From: Pseudomonadota bacterium
Lineage (GTDB): Archaea; Thermoplasmatota; SW-10-69-26; JACQPN01; JAJPHT01
DNA length: 64,000 bases
Direction of reading: 5' to 3'
Assembly: GCA_021325135.1 (NCBI GenBank)
Contig: JAJPHT010000013.1
Span: 1-64,000 of the forward strand
Within the stretch, counting starts at the first letter, position 1. Each line of letters begins with the position of its first letter. This document shows, one piece after another, positions 1 to 9,739 of the stretch. The position numbers and the translations under genes are program-made. The notes beneath the pieces are model-generated. The model was not told the origin of the DNA. It searched no databases and saw only the letters and a list, made by a program, of their open reading frames with translations.

Positions 1-14
1 CGGCCGCGCCGACT

Positions 15-1895
15 CTACGGGAACGAGCCCTCCAGGGTCACGTTCGAGGCCAGGAAGTAGCCGCGGGCGTGGTGGAGGGGCGCGTTGTTCACGTAGTCGT
101 CGAAGCTGGCGTGGTACTCGGGGAAGAGGCGCACGAACGTCGCCTGCGTGCCCGGGAGGTCCACGTGGAACGTCTGCGGCACGCCATACGTCGCGTTGAC
201 GGACGCCACGGTCTGGAAGCTGACGCCGTCGGTGCTGACCTCGACGTAGGCGAGCGTCGTCTGGGGCTCCGTCTCGTGGCCCTCGAACCAGTCGTCCTGG
301 CGGAAGGGCGCCAGCGTGAAGGAGCCGCCGACGCCGGTCAACGTCGCGCCCTGCCCCGCCACGTAGGTGTGGAAGAAGCTGGCCGCGTCGTAGCGGTCGA
401 CGCCGCCGAACGTGCACGGGTGGGTCGCGAAGAACGCCTCCATGACCTGGCCTTGCGCGCAGTCCAGGGGCTTCACGCCGGCGGTGGTCGTGACGTTCAC
501 GGGCGCGGCGGAGACGTCGTCCGCCTGCACGAGGAACTGCGTGTGGTCCAGGTAGCCCGAGAGGCCCTGCGAGGCGGAGAGCGGCTCGTGGACGCGCAGG
601 AAGCGGAACTCCTGGCCCGAGCCCGTGAGGTGGATGTCCACGGTCTGGCGCTCGGTGAGGAGCACGTAGTCCGCGGTGCCAAGCTCGGTCCAGGTCGTTC
701 CGTCCAGGCTCGACTCGACGTGGAGCTTCGTGGTGGGGTCCGCGCTGGGGGCGACCTCGGTGGGGGGCGCGAACATCTGCTCGACGCTGTACGCGATGCC
801 GTCCATGCTGCGGAAGGCGTAGGTCGCGCCGCCGAAGTAGTACGTGTGGTGGCCGTCGTGGATCCAGCACGTGCCGTGCGTGGCGCTGTACTCCATGGCC
901 CAGTGGTCGTAGAAGGGGTCGCCGCCGCAGATCTCGCTGAGCACGCGGTCCACGGGGTGGACGACGGCGGGGAACGTCGCGTCGACGCGCAGGCCGTTGC
1001 CGTCCACCACGCGCGAGCCCACGACGTGGTCGCCCACGGAGAGGCTGAGGTTGGTCTGGTCGCCGGGCGTCTCGAAGATGCCGTCGTTGTCGGCGTCCCA
1101 CGAGAAGGTGAAGGGCCCGGTGCCGGTGCGGTCGAAGGCGAAGACGTGCTGGACGTCGTGCGTGCCCCAGTCCATGCGGGCGGGGGGCGCGGTGATGGCG
1201 ATGGGGGAGGCGGGCGACGCGGTGACGACGACGTGCGCCGTGACGGGGCCGTTGAGGTAGCCCTTGACGAGGGCGGTCCAGTGGCCCGCGACGGGGTTGT
1301 CGATGGTCACGGCCTCGGGGTCGCTGCTGCTCTCGCCCTGCGTGCCGCCGACGTTGTTGCCGGAGGGGTCCACGAGGTCGAAGTCCAGGTCGTAGTTGCC
1401 GTTGCTCCAGGACGCGGTGCCCTGGATGCGGCCCGTGCCCGCGGCCACGTCGAAGCCCAGGGAGCCCTGCGTGAGGGGCACGCCGCCCACGACGCCCAGC
1501 GCGGGCGCGGTGAGGCTGACGTTGCCTTCGAGGACCTTGGAGGTGTGGTCCACCGCGACGATCACGCTGTCCGTGGAGACGGCGCCCAGGGAGTCGGTGA
1601 CCGAGAGGTTGAGCGTGTGGAATCCCGAGGCGAGGCCCGTCGCGTCGAAGCTGGTGGCGAGGCTGCCGGGCGCGCCGAAGCGGGCCGAGGAGCCGCCGTA
1701 GGTCCAGCTGACGGTGTACGGGGGCGTCCCGCCGATGGCGGCGCCCTTCATGGCGAGGGCTGCGCCGTCCAGGGACCAGGAGCTGGCCCCCGCGTCCGCC
1801 GTCAGGGGCGCGGAGGCGCCCCCGGCAGGGACCATCAGGGCAAGAAGCGGGGTCAAGGGGACCAATAGGGCAAGCGCAAGGGATCGCACGCGCAC
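15..1895 (-). CDS. Secreted multidomain surface protein (PKD/Ig-like and PPC-like domains, two C-terminal discoidin-like repeats)
   Basis: N-terminal signal peptide; GGTPPYTVSW and FSWDADNDG PKD-like motifs; DLDFDLVDPSG PPC-like motif; repeated VESSLDG/VEVSTDG...RFLRV/TFVRL modules. Confidence 0.7.
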   Translation of the reverse strand: MRVRSLALALLVPLTPLLALMVPAGGASAPLTADAGASSWSLDGAALAMKGAAIGGTPPYTVSWTYGGSSARFGAPGSLATSFDATGLASGFHTLNLSVTDSLGAVSTDSVIVAVDHTSKVLEGNVSLTAPALGVVGGVPLTQGSLGFDVAAGTGRIQGTASWSNGNYDLDFDLVDPSGNNVGGTQGESSSDPEAVTIDNPVAGHWTALVKGYLNGPVTAHVVVTASPASPIAITAPPARMDWGTHDVQHVFAFDRTGTGPFTFSWDADNDGIFETPGDQTNLSLSVGDHVVGSRVVDGNGLRVDATFPAVVHPVDRVLSEICGGDPFYDHWAMEYSATHGTCWIHDGHHTYYFGGATYAFRSMDGIAYSVEQMFAPPTEVAPSADPTTKLHVESSLDGTTWTELGTADYVLLTERQTVDIHLTGSGQEFRFLRVHEPLSASQGLSGYLDHTQFLVQADDVSAAPVNVTTTAGVKPLDCAQGQVMEAFFATHPCTFGGVDRYDAASFFHTYVAGQGATLTGVGGSFTLAPFRQDDWFEGHETEPQTTLAYVEVSTDGVSFQTVASVNATYGVPQTFHVDLPGTQATFVRLFPEYHASFDDYVNNAPLHHARGYFLASNVTLEGSFP

Positions 1896-2034
1896 GGAAG
1901 CCTTCCTCGAGGCGCGAGGCCGGCTGCCCCCTCATGAGCTTTCGCGTGAAACCCTTGCAAGGGACGGACGCAGGCAATGTTCCTGTTGCGCGGGTTCTTC
2001 CTGCCGAGAGCGGTCCCACGCCCGGAGGCTTCTC

Positions 2035-2394
2035 GTGCGATCTCTCCTCGTCGGCTTCGCGCTCTTCCTGACCCTTCTTCATGCGGCCCCCCTCGCGATG
2101 GCGACCTGCTCCGACTCAGGCTCGCTGCTCTGCTCGTGGAACCCGGAGCCTCCTGGCGGATGCGGCATCGGCATCGGCGGCCCTCCCGGCGGCCCGTGCG
2201 CCCAAGGCGACTGGACCTGCGTGTACTGGGAGCCCCAGAGCCTCGGGTGGGCTTGCCTCTACAGCCAGCCCGTCTCGGGGGACGGCGTGAGCGTGCCCAA
2301 CGTCGGCGTGGGCGGCACGCAGCTTTGCACCCGCATCCACTGCTCCTTCCCGCTGCCCAAGACGGAGTGCCCCTACATCGCGACGGACTGCTGA
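2035..2394 (+). CDS. Small secreted Cys-rich protein (119 aa, 10 Cys)
   Basis: GTG at 2035 after GGAGG; hydrophobic signal peptide followed by a Cys/Gly/Pro-rich mature part. Confidence 0.65.
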   Translation: MRSLLVGFALFLTLLHAAPLAMATCSDSGSLLCSWNPEPPGGCGIGIGGPPGGPCAQGDWTCVYWEPQSLGWACLYSQPVSGDGVSVPNVGVGGTQLCTRIHCSFPLPKTECPYIATDC

Positions 2395-2398
2395 GCGC

Positions 2399-3718
2399 TT
2401 AGTGGAACTGCTCCGACTCCGTGGAGCCCTTGAGGGCCAGCGTGCTGGCGGTGCCCCCGGAGATGACCTGGCTCACGTCGTCGAAGTAGCCCGTGCCCAC
2501 CTCGCGCTGGTGCTTCGTCGCCGTGTAGCCCTCCTTCTCCAGCGCGAACTCGCGCTCCTGGAGCTCCACGTAGGCGCTCATGCCGCGCTCCGAGTAGCCG
2601 CGCGCCAGCTCGAACATGGAGAGGTTGAGGGCGTGGAAGCCGGCCAGCGTGATGAACTGGAACCTGTAGCCCATCTCGCCCAGCGCGTCCTGGAAGCGCG
2701 CGATGGTCGCGTCGTCCAGGTGCTTCCGCCAGTTGAACGAGGGCGAGCAGTTGTAGGCCAGGAGCTTGTGGGGGAACTTCGCGCGGATGGCCTCCGCGAA
2801 CTGCCGCGCCTCGTCGAGGTTGGGCTTCGACGTCTCGACCCACAGCACGTCGGCGTAGGGCGCGTAGGCGAGGCCCCGCGCGATGCTGCTCTCCATGCCT
2901 GATTTTACGCGGTAGTACCCTTCGGGCGTGCGCTCGCCCGTGCAGAAGGGCTGGTCGCGCGGGTCCACGTCGGAGGTCAGCAGGTTGGCGCCCAGGGAGT
3001 CGGTGCGCGCGACGATGAGGGTGGGCACGCCGCACACGTCGGCCGCGAGGCGCGCCGCGGTGAGCGTGCGGACGTGCTGCTGCGTGGGGATGAGCACCTT
3101 GCCCCCCATGTGGCCGCACTTCTTCTCGCTGGCCAGCTGGTCCTCCCAGTGGACGCCCGCGGCGCCGGCCTCGATCATGCTCTTCATCAGTTCGTAGGCG
3201 TTGAGCGGCCCGCCGAAGCCGGCCTCCGCGTCGGCGAGGATGGGCGCCATCCAGTGCCGTCCGGGCTTCTGCTCGTGCCATTCGATCTGGTCCGCCTGGC
3301 GCAGCGCGTTGTTGATGCGCCGCACGAGCTCGGGCACGGAGTTCACCGCGTAGAGGCTCTGGTCGGGGTACATCTTGCCCGACGCGTTGTTGTCCGCCGC
3401 CGTCTGCCAGCCGGAGAGGTAGATGGCCTGGAGGCCGGCCTTGACCATCTGGATGGCCTGGTTGCCGGTGAGCGCGCCCAGGGCCTTGACGTGGCGCTCG
3501 GTCTGCATGAGGTGCCAGAGGCGCTCCGCGCCCATGCGGGCCAGGGTGTGCTCCACCTGGAAGGAGCCGCGCAGGCGCACGACGTCCGCGGCGGAGTAGT
3601 CGCGGCGCACGCCCTTCCAGCGCGCGTCGGAGGCCCACGCGTGCTCCAGCCTCCTCGCCTCGGCGTGGATCGTCTCGGTCACGTTGAGCGTGGCGGGCGG
3701 CGTGAGGTTCTGCTTCAT
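2399..3718 (-). CDS. aceA: Isocitrate lyase
   Basis: KKCGHMGGK catalytic motif, [24 protein letters not shown]-terminal STESEQFH. Confidence 0.97.
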   Translation of the reverse strand: MKQNLTPPATLNVTETIHAEARRLEHAWASDARWKGVRRDYSAADVVRLRGSFQVEHTLARMGAERLWHLMQTERHVKALGALTGNQAIQMVKAGLQAIYLSGWQTAADNNASGKMYPDQSLYAVNSVPELVRRINNALRQADQIEWHEQKPGRHWMAPILADAEAGFGGPLNAYELMKSMIEAGAAGVHWEDQLASEKKCGHMGGKVLIPTQQHVRTLTAARLAADVCGVPTLIVARTDSLGANLLTSDVDPRDQPFCTGERTPEGYYRVKSGMESSIARGLAYAPYADVLWVETSKPNLDEARQFAEAIRAKFPHKLLAYNCSPSFNWRKHLDDATIARFQDALGEMGYRFQFITLAGFHALNLSMFELARGYSERGMSAYVELQEREFALEKEGYTATKHQREVGTGYFDDVSQVISGGTASTLALKGSTESEQFH

Positions 3719-3722
3719 GATA

Positions 3723-5282
3723 TCACTCCAGGTGCTCGTAGGCCGGAAGGGTCAGGAACTCGGGGAAGTCGGGGGCGAGCGCCACGCGCTCGAAGAGGGT
3801 GCGGGCCTGGGCGAGGCGGGGAAGGCCCTCCTTCTGGAGCTTCACCGTCTCCTCGTCGACGACGCGGCGCGCCGCCTCGGCGGAGAAGACGCCGTGGTGG
3901 ACCCACTGCCAGACCTGGCTGCGGCTGATCTCCGCCGTCGCGGCGTCCTCCATGAGGTTGTGGATGGCGACCGCGCCGTTGCCGCGCAGCCATGCCTCCA
4001 GGTAGCGGATGCCCACCTCCACGTCGATGCGCAGGCCGGCCTCGGTGGCCTTGCCGCCCGGGACGTGGAAGTCGAGAAGCTGCTTCGCCTGCACGTTCAC
4101 GTCGGGGCGCTGGCGGCCCGCCTGGTTGGGCTTGCCCTGGAGCGCGGACTCGAAGACCTCCATGGCGACGGGCACGAGGTCCGGGTGCGCGACCCACGTG
4201 CCGTCGAAGCCGTCGCGGCTCTCGCGCAGCTTGTCCTCGCGGACCTTCGCCAGCGCCGTCTCGGTCACGGCGGGGTCCTTGCGGTTGGGGATGAACGCGG
4301 CCATGCCGCCCATGGCGAACGCGCCGCGCTTGTGGCACGTCTTCACGAGAAGCTCGGTGTACGCGCGCATGAAGGGCGTCGTCATGGTGAGCTGCGCGCG
4401 GTCGGGCAGCGTCACGTCGCGCCGGTTGCGGAACTTCTTGATCACGCTGAAGAGGTAGTCCCAGCGGCCCGCGTTGAGCCCCACCGCGTGGTCGCGAAGC
4501 TCATGGAGGATCTCCTCCATCTCGAAGGCCGCGAGGATCGTCTCCACGAGGACGGTCGCCTTGAACGAGCCGTGGGGCGCGCCGAGGCGCTCCTCGCTGA
4601 AGGAGAAGACCTCGTCCCAGAGGCGCGCCTCCAGGTGGCTCTCCATCTTGGGGAGGTAGAAGGCCGGCGTCTGCCCCTTGGCGAGCAGCCGGCGCGCGTT
4701 GTGGAAGGCGAAGAGGCCGAAGTCGACGAGGCTGCCGCTCGCGGGCTGGCCGTCGACGAGGAGGTGCTTCTCCACGAGGTGCCAGCCGCGCGGGCGCACC
4801 ATGAGGACGGCGACCTTCTCGCGCAGGTGATAGCTTTTCTCGGGCGTGTCGAGGCGGATGGTCCGCTCGATGGCGTCGACGAGGTTCGCCTGGCCCGTGA
4901 CGAGGTTCTCCCACGTGGGCGCGTTGGCGTCCTCGAAGTCGGCCATGAAGCAGCACGCGCCGCTGTTGAGCGCGTTGATGACCATCTTGCGGTCCGTGGG
5001 CCCGGTGATCTCCACGCGGCGGTCCTGGAGGTCCTTGGGGATGGGCGCCACGCGCCACTCGCCTTCGCGGACGCGGCGCGTCTCGGGCAGGAAGTCGGGC
5101 CACTCGCCGGCGTCCAGGCGTTTCTGCCGCTCGGCGCGCGCCGCCAGGAGGCGCTCCCGGGTGGGGCCGAAGCGCCTCTGGAGGTCCGCCACGAAGGCCA
5201 GCGCCTCCGGGGTCAGGATGCGGCCGTCGGCAGGGGTGGGCGGGCCCCGGACCTGGACGCCGGGGACGGGGGGAGCGGCCAT
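3723..5282 (-). CDS. aceB: Malate synthase A
   Basis: [46 protein letters not shown]; directly upstream of aceA. Confidence 0.96.
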   Translation of the reverse strand: MAAPPVPGVQVRGPPTPADGRILTPEALAFVADLQRRFGPTRERLLAARAERQKRLDAGEWPDFLPETRRVREGEWRVAPIPKDLQDRRVEITGPTDRKMVINALNSGACCFMADFEDANAPTWENLVTGQANLVDAIERTIRLDTPEKSYHLREKVAVLMVRPRGWHLVEKHLLVDGQPASGSLVDFGLFAFHNARRLLAKGQTPAFYLPKMESHLEARLWDEVFSFSEERLGAPHGSFKATVLVETILAAFEMEEILHELRDHAVGLNAGRWDYLFSVIKKFRNRRDVTLPDRAQLTMTTPFMRAYTELLVKTCHKRGAFAMGGMAAFIPNRKDPAVTETALAKVREDKLRESRDGFDGTWVAHPDLVPVAMEVFESALQGKPNQAGRQRPDVNVQAKQLLDFHVPGGKATEAGLRIDVEVGIRYLEAWLRGNGAVAIHNLMEDAATAEISRSQVWQWVHHGVFSAEAARRVVDEETVKLQKEGLPRLAQARTLFERVALAPDFPEFLTLPAYEHLE

Positions 5283-5339
5283 GCGTCACCGGGTGCCCCA
5301 AGGGCTGGCATATACCCTGCTCCTGGCAGGAGCCGGGAT

Positions 5340-5356
5340 GTGACGTAGAACATCAC
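5340..5356. promoter_or_regulatory. Palindromic operator GTGAC-N7-ATCAC upstream of the aceB promoter
   Basis: gtgacgtagaacatcac, 58-74 nt upstream of the aceB ATG; near-identical site at 5622-5638. Confidence 0.55.
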
Positions 5357-5448
5357 GCGGAATTGGAGCTTGGCGCCGCACGGTCTTGCGAAAGGAAGCA
5401 AGCAGGGGCGCCCAGGGGTGCCCTCCAGCGGAAAAGAGGGGGTTGGCG

Positions 5449-5565
5449 TTAGAGGACCGCGACCTGCTGCTGGCAGTCGCGGCAGTTCTTGACGTGGAGC
5501 CTCAGGAGGTCGAAGTCGCCCGGGGTCGGCTGGTACTGGAGGCCGAAGACGCAGGTTCGTTCCAT
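5449..5565 (-). CDS. 38-aa Zn-binding microprotein with HxxxCxxC motif
   Basis: Hand translation MERTCVFGLQYQPTPGDFDLLRLHVKNCRDCQQQVAVL*; GC3-rich codons; too short for the ORF track. Confidence 0.6.
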   Translation of the reverse strand: MERTCVFGLQYQPTPGDFDLLRLHVKNCRDCQQQVAVL

Positions 5566-5621
5566 GACAAGGCCTCTCAGCCCCACCGTGGATGAAGCTT
5601 CGGGCGCCGACCCGCAACAAT

Positions 5622-5638
5622 GTGACTTTCCAAGTCAC
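5622..5638. promoter_or_regulatory. Palindromic operator GTGACTT-N3-AAGTCAC
   Basis: Perfect 7-bp inverted repeat 57-73 nt upstream of the micro-ORF ATG. Confidence 0.55.
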
Positions 5639-5716
5639 GTCCTTTGTCCAGGTCGGTCTGGAGCCGACCCGGAGGGTGGATCAGCCTCAAGCCAATGGGC
5701 CCCGTAGGGCCGCTCC

Positions 5717-6730
5717 TTGGCCGACATCGCCATCCGGACGCGGGCGCTCACGAAGACGTTCCCGCCCAAGAAGCGCCGCCTCCTGGAGGTCGTCCGGCGC
5801 GAGCCGAAGAAGCCCGCCTTCACCGCCCTGGCCGGCGTCGACCTGGACGTGGAGCGCGGGGAATTGTTCGGCCTGCTGGGGCCCAACGGCGCGGGGAAGA
5901 CGACGCTGGTGAAGATCCTCAGCACGCTGCTGCTGCCCACGGAGGGCGAGGCCACGGTCTCCGGCCTCGATGTGCGGCGCGACGCGGAGGAGGTCCGCAA
6001 GCGCGTGGGCGTCGTCCTGGGGGGCGACCGCGCCCTCTATTGGCGCCTCACCGCGCGGGAGAACCTCTGGTACTTCAGCCAGCTCTACGACATGCCCGGC
6101 GCCAAGGCCAAGAAGGAGATCGAGCGCGTCCTCGCGCAGGTGGGCCTCACCGACCGCGCGGACGACCGCGTGGAGAACTACAGCAAGGGGATGAAGCAGC
6201 GGCTCCACATCGCGCGCGGCCTCCTCACCGACCCCGAGATCCTGCTCCTCGACGAGCCCACCATCGGCCTCGATCCGCACGCGGGCCGGAGCCTGCGCGC
6301 GCTGGTGCGCAAGCTCGTGGACGAGGACCACCGCACCGTGATCCTCACGACGCACTACATGTACGAGGCCGACGAGCTCTCCGACCGCATCGGCGTGCTC
6401 CACAAGGGGAAGATCATCGCCCTGGACACCAGCGCGGGCCTCAAGGCGCGCTACGCCAAGGAGAAGGCCCTCGTCGTGCGCGTGAAGGGCGACCCCGCGG
6501 CGGCGGAGGCGATCCTGCGCGGCGAGGGCGACGTGCGCCGCGTCGAGGGCGGGCTGCGCCTCGCGGGCGACCTGCCCCAAGAGCGGATCAGCGACATCGC
6601 GGCGCGCCTCGCCAAGGCGGGCGTCCCCCTGCTGGGCCTCCAGATGGAGGAGCCCTCCCTGGAGGACGTGTTCGTGGCGCTCACGGGCGAAGGGCTCGTG
6701 GATGCGCCGCCCGAGGGGGACGACGAGTGA
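5717..6730 (+). CDS. ABC exporter ATP-binding subunit (DrrA/NodI-like)
   Basis: GPNGAGKT Walker A, YSKGM signature, LLLDEP Walker B, TTH switch. Confidence 0.93.
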   Translation: MADIAIRTRALTKTFPPKKRRLLEVVRREPKKPAFTALAGVDLDVERGELFGLLGPNGAGKTTLVKILSTLLLPTEGEATVSGLDVRRDAEEVRKRVGVVLGGDRALYWRLTARENLWYFSQLYDMPGAKAKKEIERVLAQVGLTDRADDRVENYSKGMKQRLHIARGLLTDPEILLLDEPTIGLDPHAGRSLRALVRKLVDEDHRTVILTTHYMYEADELSDRIGVLHKGKIIALDTSAGLKARYAKEKALVVRVKGDPAAAEAILRGEGDVRRVEGGLRLAGDLPQERISDIAARLAKAGVPLLGLQMEEPSLEDVFVALTGEGLVDAPPEGDDE

Positions 6731-6770
6731 GCTTCCCCGCTCGGTCCCAGCGCGCTCCGCGCGGGGAAAC

Positions 6771-6840
6771 CCCGAATCTCCGAATCTCAGAATCTCCGAC
6801 CAGGGATTTCTCGATTGATTCTGAGATTCGGAGATCCGGG
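6771..6840. repeat. Intergenic hairpin built from 8-nt tandem units
   Basis: 24-nt arms 6771-6794 and 6817-6840 pair at 23/24; units ccgaatct/ccgaatct/cagaatct. Confidence 0.85.
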
Positions 6841-6887
6841 GCTGTTTCCGCCGGAGGCGGTCGAGCCCGCCAGGGAGGCGCGACAAG

Positions 6888-7721
6888 ATGAGCCTCATGA
6901 GCTATGCCCGCGTCATCCGCGCCGGGATCAAGAAGAACTGGATCCTCAGCGTCACGTATCCGACGTGGCTCCTCAACCGCATCTTCGGCCCTATCGTGTG
7001 GATCAGCATCTCGCTCTTCGGCTACCTTGCCCTCGTGCCCGAGGCCACCATCCGCGCCGCGTTCGTGCGCAGCGGCAACGGGCCCGACTTCGCGGCGTTC
7101 CTCATCCTGGGGCAGACCATCTTCTCCCTCTTCAGCACGCTCAACTTCCGCGGCGGCATGAGCATCCAGCGCGAGCGCTGGCAGGGCACGCTGGAGGTCG
7201 TGCTCCTGGCGCCCACCTCCCGCGTCGCGTTCATCCTGGGCGAGACGGTCTACGGCCTCCTGGACGGCGGCTGGACGATCCTGCTGGCGCTCCTCGTCAC
7301 GGGCTTCGCCTACGGCGCGGGCTTCCGCATCGCGGACCCGCTGCTTGCGCTGGTCATCCTGCTGCTCACGCTCTCGGCGATGGTCGCGCTCTCGCTCTTC
7401 TTCGCCGCGTTCTACGTGCTCACCCGCAGCGCGGGGCCCCTCTCCAACGCCATCCAGACGCCCGTGCGCTTCTTCACGGGCACGAACTTCCCCGTGAGCG
7501 CGCTGCCCTCGTTCCTCCAGGCGATCTCCTTCGCGCTCCCCATGACCTACGGCATGATCGCCACGCGCGAGGTCTTCACCGGCTCCGGCTCGTGGGGGAG
7601 CCTCGCGCCCACGATCCTGGCCCTGGCGGGCTTCACGGCGTTCTTCTGGACGCTGGGCGTCGTGCTGGTGAAGCGGATGGAGAACCTCGCCAAGACCAGG
7701 GGGACGCTCCATACCTACTGA
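6888..7721 (+). CDS. ABC-2 type permease
   Basis: ERWQGTLE motif, FPVSALP, about six TM helices. Confidence 0.9.
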   Translation: MSLMSYARVIRAGIKKNWILSVTYPTWLLNRIFGPIVWISISLFGYLALVPEATIRAAFVRSGNGPDFAAFLILGQTIFSLFSTLNFRGGMSIQRERWQGTLEVVLLAPTSRVAFILGETVYGLLDGGWTILLALLVTGFAYGAGFRIADPLLALVILLLTLSAMVALSLFFAAFYVLTRSAGPLSNAIQTPVRFFTGTNFPVSALPSFLQAISFALPMTYGMIATREVFTGSGSWGSLAPTILALAGFTAFFWTLGVVLVKRMENLAKTRGTLHTY

Positions 7722-8559
7722 CCGCCTCGCGCGCTGGGGGAGGACCTTCGCCTCCACGTTCCACGCCAACCTCCTCGCCCAGTTTCGCGGCTACACGCTC
7801 TCGGGCTGGACTATCAGCGCAATCCTCAGCCCCGTGTTCCTCTTCGCGGGCGCCTACGTCGTCCTCGTGTTCCTGGGCGAAGGCGCGAGCCCGTCGAAGT
7901 TCTTCGCGCTCACCGGATACCCGAGCTACATCGCGTTCGTGATCCTGGGCGTCGCGTTCAACGGCCTCGCCACGAGCGCGCTGGAGGACGGCGGGAACGC
8001 CATCTACGAGGAGGAGAGCAACGGCACCTGGGACGTGCTCAGCCTCGCGCCGTTCAACCGCTTCGTGTGGATGTTCGCCAAGACGCTGGCGGGGCTCGTC
8101 ACGGGCTTCGTCGACTTCTTCGCCGTCCTGCTCCTGGGCGCCGTCGTCTTCCACGTCGCGCCCACGCTCCACGGCCTCCTCGTCGCGATGGTGGGCATCG
8201 CGCTGACCCTCGTCGCGCTCCAAGGGCTGGGCTTCGCCATGGCCGCGCTGGGCCTGCGCTGGAAGCAGCCCTACGCGCTGGCGTTCATCCTGAGCCCCGT
8301 CGTCGTCCTGCTCTCCGGCATGATGTTCCCCATCCAGGCGCTGCCCGCATGGCTGCGGCCCCTCTCCAACGCGCTGCCCCTCACGCACGGGCTCACCATC
8401 GTGCGCGACGGGCTGCTCTTGGATCGCGGCTTCTCGGACCTGCTGCCGGTCTTCGCGCGCCTGCTGGCGACTGGCGCAGTGCTCATGGTCATCGGCTTCG
8501 CGTCGTTCCGCCACATGGAGAAGCGGGCGCGCGAGCGCGGCACGCTGGGCCGCTACTGA
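7711..8559 (+). CDS. Second ABC-2 type permease (probable non-canonical ATA start)
   Basis: EESNGTWD and FPIQALP motifs; the frame is open from 7672 with no ATG/GTG/TTG before 7834, and the extension resembles the N-terminus of the first permease. Confidence 0.85.
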   Translation: MPTDRLARWGRTFASTFHANLLAQFRGYTLSGWTISAILSPVFLFAGAYVVLVFLGEGASPSKFFALTGYPSYIAFVILGVAFNGLATSALEDGGNAIYEEESNGTWDVLSLAPFNRFVWMFAKTLAGLVTGFVDFFAVLLLGAVVFHVAPTLHGLLVAMVGIALTLVALQGLGFAMAALGLRWKQPYALAFILSPVVVLLSGMMFPIQALPAWLRPLSNALPLTHGLTIVRDGLLLDRGFSDLLPVFARLLATGAVLMVIGFASFRHMEKRARERGTLGRY

Positions 8560-8613
8560 TCGGTCGACCGGTGATCCACGAGCGCCTTGGCACCCCGTGG
8601 GGACCGGGGGCGC

Positions 8614-9075
8614 ATGCGCCGCGGTGCGCTCGCGATGCTCCTCGCGCTCCCCCTCCTGACCGGGTGCATCGCGAACGGCCGCCAGGCGCAGGAGAGCGTC
8701 ATCAAGGACGTGGCGCCCCTCCCTTCGGGCGCGCCGGGCGTGTCCCTCACCTGGGGCCCCCCGGTCGCGGACCCGGTGCGCCTGGCGCCCGGCGACTGCG
8801 CCACGCTTCCGTGGGCGCTCCAGGCGCACGCCCTCGCGCGGCCCGCCAACGTGTCGCTCTCCCTGGCGGCGAGCGGGGGCATCGACGGCCTCCTCGTGGG
8901 CCAGCTCACGCCGGAGAACTCCACGCTGGCGGGCGAGGCCGCCTCCAACGGCACCTCCATGCTCTGCGCGCCCCCCGACGCGCAGGACGCGGAAGGGCGC
9001 ATCTCCCTGGTGGCGGAGGCCGCGGGCCAGACCGTCGCCGTGAGCAGCGTCCGCATCGAGGTCCGCTCGGGGTGA
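8614..9075 (+). CDS. Lipoprotein of unknown function
   Basis: MRRGALAMLLALPLLTGC lipobox. Confidence 0.7.
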   Translation: MRRGALAMLLALPLLTGCIANGRQAQESVIKDVAPLPSGAPGVSLTWGPPVADPVRLAPGDCATLPWALQAHALARPANVSLSLAASGGIDGLLVGQLTPENSTLAGEAASNGTSMLCAPPDAQDAEGRISLVAEAAGQTVAVSSVRIEVRSG

Positions 9076-9126
9076 GCCCGGGAAAAAGCCACAATCGCTA
9101 AGACCCGCCAGGGACGACCGGGAAGC

Positions 9127-9738
9127 GTGCCCCGGATCCCCATCTTCCCCCTGGACGTGGTGCTCTTCCCGGGGGAGCCGTTCGGGCTGCACGTCTTCGA
9201 GGAGCGCTACCTCCTCATGACCGAGGAGTGCCTCGCGGAGAACCTGCCCATCGGCGTCGTCCTCATCCGCCGCGAAGGCTCCGAGGGCCCGCGCTTCGGC
9301 GGCATCCCCGCGCCGGAAGCGCCCGAGGACGACCGCGTCGAGTTCGAGCCCGAGCAGGTGGGCACCGCGGCGCGCATCGTGAAGGCCGAGAAGGTGGGCG
9401 ACCGCTACCTCTTGGACACCGTGGGCACGCACCGCTTCCGCATCAAGCGCGTCTACTCCGAGAAGCCCTACCAGGAGGCGGACGTGGAGTGGCTCGCCGA
9501 GCCCGCGGGCGACATCGCCGCCGCGGCGCGCCTGGCCGGCGAGGTGCTGGAGAAGGTGGAGTCCGTGGGGGGCCAGGTGGACTGGGACAGCCCCTCGACC
9601 CACGACCCCATCGCCGTCTCCCACGTCGTCGCCTCGCGCCTCCCCTTCGACCTCCTCACCAAGCAACGCCTCTTGGAGGCCGAGGACGCGGAGCGCCGCC
9701 TGGAGGCGGAGTCGGAGATGCTGGACGTCGTGTTCTAA
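9127..9738 (+). CDS. Stand-alone Lon substrate-binding (N-terminal) domain protein
   Basis: IPIFPLDVVLFPG...LHVFEERY...VGT...G..RFRI; KQRLLE; no ATPase or protease domain. Confidence 0.85.
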   Translation: MPRIPIFPLDVVLFPGEPFGLHVFEERYLLMTEECLAENLPIGVVLIRREGSEGPRFGGIPAPEAPEDDRVEFEPEQVGTAARIVKAEKVGDRYLLDTVGTHRFRIKRVYSEKPYQEADVEWLAEPAGDIAAAARLAGEVLEKVESVGGQVDWDSPSTHDPIAVSHVVASRLPFDLLTKQRLLEAEDAERRLEAESEMLDVVF

Positions 9739-9739
9739 A

